A stretch of 64,000 bases of DNA from a bacterium (lineage in GTDB: Bacteria; JADJOY01): assembly GCA_046331705.1 (NCBI GenBank), contig JAXLQJ010000009.1:62001-126000 (forward strand), in the 5' to 3' direction. This document shows, one piece after another, positions 62,221-64,000 of the stretch (position 1 is the stretch's first letter; each line of letters starts with the position of its first letter). The position numbers and the translations under genes were made by a program. The notes beneath the pieces were generated by a model. That model was not told the origin of the DNA, ran no database searches, and was given only the letters and a program-made list of their open reading frames with translations.

Positions 62221-63600
62221 ATGGCGACGGATCCCCAGCCCCAGCGCCGCCGGCGCGTGCTGATCGCCGGTGCGGCGGGACGCGACTTCCACGACTTCAA
62301 CGTGGTGTTCCGGGACGATCCGGCCGTCGAGGTCGTCGCGTTCACGGCGGCGCAGATTCCCGGGATCGCCGGGCGCCGCTACCCCGCGAGCCTCGCCGGG
62401 CCGCTCTATCCCGACGGTCTCCCCATCGAGGACGAGTCGCGGCTCGCCGAGCTCTGCCGCGAGCACGTCGTCGACGAGGTGATCTTCGCCTACAGCGACG
62501 TCAGCCACGCCCACGTCATGCACGTGGCGTCGCGCGCGCTCGCTTCGGGCGCGGACTTCGGCCTGCTCGGCCCGCGCCGCACCCAGCTCGCGTCGCGGCG
62601 GCCGGTCATCGCCGTGAGCGCCGTGCGCACGGGTTGCGGCAAGTCGCAGACCGCGCGCTGGCTCGGGAGGCGATTGCGCGCTCACGGGCTCGCGGTCGCG
62701 GTGCTTCGCCATCCGATGCCCTACGGCGAGCTGGCGGCGGAGCGGGTGCAGCGCTTCGCCACCCCCGCCGACCTGGACGCCGCGCGTTGCACGCTGGAGG
62801 AACGCGAGGAATACGAGCCCCACCTCGAGAACGGTCACGTGGTGTTCGCGGGAGTCGACTACGCGGCGATCCTGGCGGCCGCCGAGCGCGAGGCGCAGGT
62901 CATCGTCTGGGACGGAGGCAACAACGATTTCCCGCTGGTCGCTCCGGATCTCCACGTGGTTCTCGCCGATGCCCTGCGGCCCGATCAGCTCACGACGCAC
63001 CACCCTGGCGAGGCGGTGGCACGGATGGCCGACGTGCTCGTGATCGCCAAGAGCGACGCCGCGGCGCCCGCCGACGTGGCACGGCTCGCGGCGGCGCTGG
63101 GCGAGCTTCGCCCCGCGGCCCCGATCGTGCGCGCCGCCTCGCCGGTGGTGCTCGCGGAATCCGAGCGCGCCCGCGGACGTCGCGTGATCGTCGTGGAGGA
63201 CGGCCCCACGCTCACCCACGGTGGCGCATCGTACGGCGCCGGCTACGTCGCGGCCCGCGCGTCCGGTGCCCTCGAGATCGTCGACCCGCGCGAGTCGGCC
63301 ACCCCGGCGGTGCGCGCGATCTTCGACCGTTACCCGCACATCGGCTGCGTGCTGCCGGCGGTCGGCTACGACGAGGCGCAGCGCGAGGCGCTGGCACGGA
63401 CCATCGCCCGCTCCCGCGCCGAGATCGTCGTCTCCGGCACGCCCATCGATCTCGCCGGCGTGATCCACGTACCGCAACCGGTGCTGCGCGCCCGTTACGA
63501 ATACGCCGACGCCGGCGAGCCCACCCTCGGCTCGTTCGTCGACGCCTTTCTGGAACGCGCGCGGGCGCGGATGGACGGCGCCGCGGAGGGATCGTGCTGA
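62221..63600 (+). CDS. cPGS-like P-loop protein, probable arginine synthetase (ArcE-like)
   Basis: GAAGRDFHDFN, AFTAAQIP, AYSDVSH, AVRTGCGKSQT, RHPMPYG, EEREEYEPH, WDGGNND, EDGPTLTHGG; overlaps OTC start. Confidence 0.75.
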   Translation: MATDPQPQRRRRVLIAGAAGRDFHDFNVVFRDDPAVEVVAFTAAQIPGIAGRRYPASLAGPLYPDGLPIEDESRLAELCREHVVDEVIFAYSDVSHAHVMHVASRALASGADFGLLGPRRTQLASRRPVIAVSAVRTGCGKSQTARWLGRRLRAHGLAVAVLRHPMPYGELAAERVQRFATPADLDAARCTLEEREEYEPHLENGHVVFAGVDYAAILAAAEREAQVIVWDGGNNDFPLVAPDLHVVLADALRPDQLTTHHPGEAVARMADVLVIAKSDAAAPADVARLAAALGELRPAAPIVRAASPVVLAESERARGRRVIVVEDGPTLTHGGASYGAGYVAARASGALEIVDPRESATPAVRAIFDRYPHIGCVLPAVGYDEAQREALARTIARSRAEIVVSGTPIDLAGVIHVPQPVLRARYEYADAGEPTLGSFVDAFLERARARMDGAAEGSC

Positions 63601-64000
63601 AGGATCTGTTGCGCAGCGCGGATCTCGCACCTTCGGACCTCGCGTACCTCCTCGAGCTCGCCCTCGCCTTCAAGGCCGCGCCGCGCCGGGCGGCACCGCT
63701 CGAGCGCGACACCGTGGTCCTCTACTTCAACAAGCCGTCCACCCGTACCCGCATCTCGTTCGAGACGGCGGTGGCCAGGCTCGGCGGCACGCCCATCGGA
63801 GTGGGCGCGAACGACCTCCAGCTCGGCCGCGGCGAGACCATCGAGGACACCGCGCGCGTCGTGAGCCGCTACGCCCGCGCCTTCGTGATCCGCACCTACT
63901 CCGACGACGACGTCCGTCGCTTCGCCACCGCGGCCACGATCCCGGTCGTCAACGCGCTGACCGACCTCCACCATCCGTGCCAGAGCCTCGCCGATCTGCT
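63594..64000 (+). CDS. argF: Ornithine carbamoyltransferase, N-terminal part (runs off window)
   Basis: Manual translation from GTG 63594: VLKDLLRSADL...FNKPSTRTRISFE...QLGRGETIEDTARV...NALTDLHHPCQSLADL. Confidence 0.92.
   Translation, partial: MLKDLLRSADLAPSDLAYLLELALAFKAAPRRAAPLERDTVVLYFNKPSTRTRISFETAVARLGGTPIGVGANDLQLGRGETIEDTARVVSRYARAFVIRTYSDDDVRRFATAATIPVVNALTDLHHPCQSLADL

Overview
Very GC-rich (roughly 70%+ by eye) Gram-negative bacterial chromosome segment. Gene order and a MYXO-CTERM-like tail suggest a deltaproteobacterial or Myxococcota-like lineage (inference). 1-23.7 kb is one minus-strand run: XRE regulator, two-TM sensor-like protein, lipoprotein, SPOR protein, trpE-G-C-F-B-A (no trpD), accD, folC, an AMIN-domain-fused lptD, lnt, prfB (programmed frameshift), lysS, lolC/E, lolD, bamA, skp and partial lpxD. 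Five frameshifts cluster in folC/trpA/trpB/trpC and are probably assembly errors. Divergently, 23.85-38.4 kb encodes a type II secretion operon (two gspC, gspD with a C-terminal extension, E, F, G, I, H, J, K, L, M, N). Its promoter carries a perfect operator-like palindrome shared with the XRE gene. Downstream lie a duplicated palindromic element, a secreted Cys-rich repeat protein, MacAB-TolC-type efflux genes, a GH51-like lipoprotein, a matrixin-like protease with a partner gene, cutA-hflX, a DegT aminotransferase, a Wzm/Wzt pair whose Wzt has a ~300-aa helical insert, an MFS transporter, Mrp, and a probable arginine synthetase (ArcE-like) gene coupled to ornithine carbamoyltransferase. No rRNA, tRNA, CRISPR array or transposase was seen. 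The best novelty candidates are the XRE/sensor/lipoprotein module facing the dual-GspC T2SS, the Wzt insertion module, AMIN-LptD and the ArcE-like/OTC pair. All family calls are from motif recognition; no searches were run.
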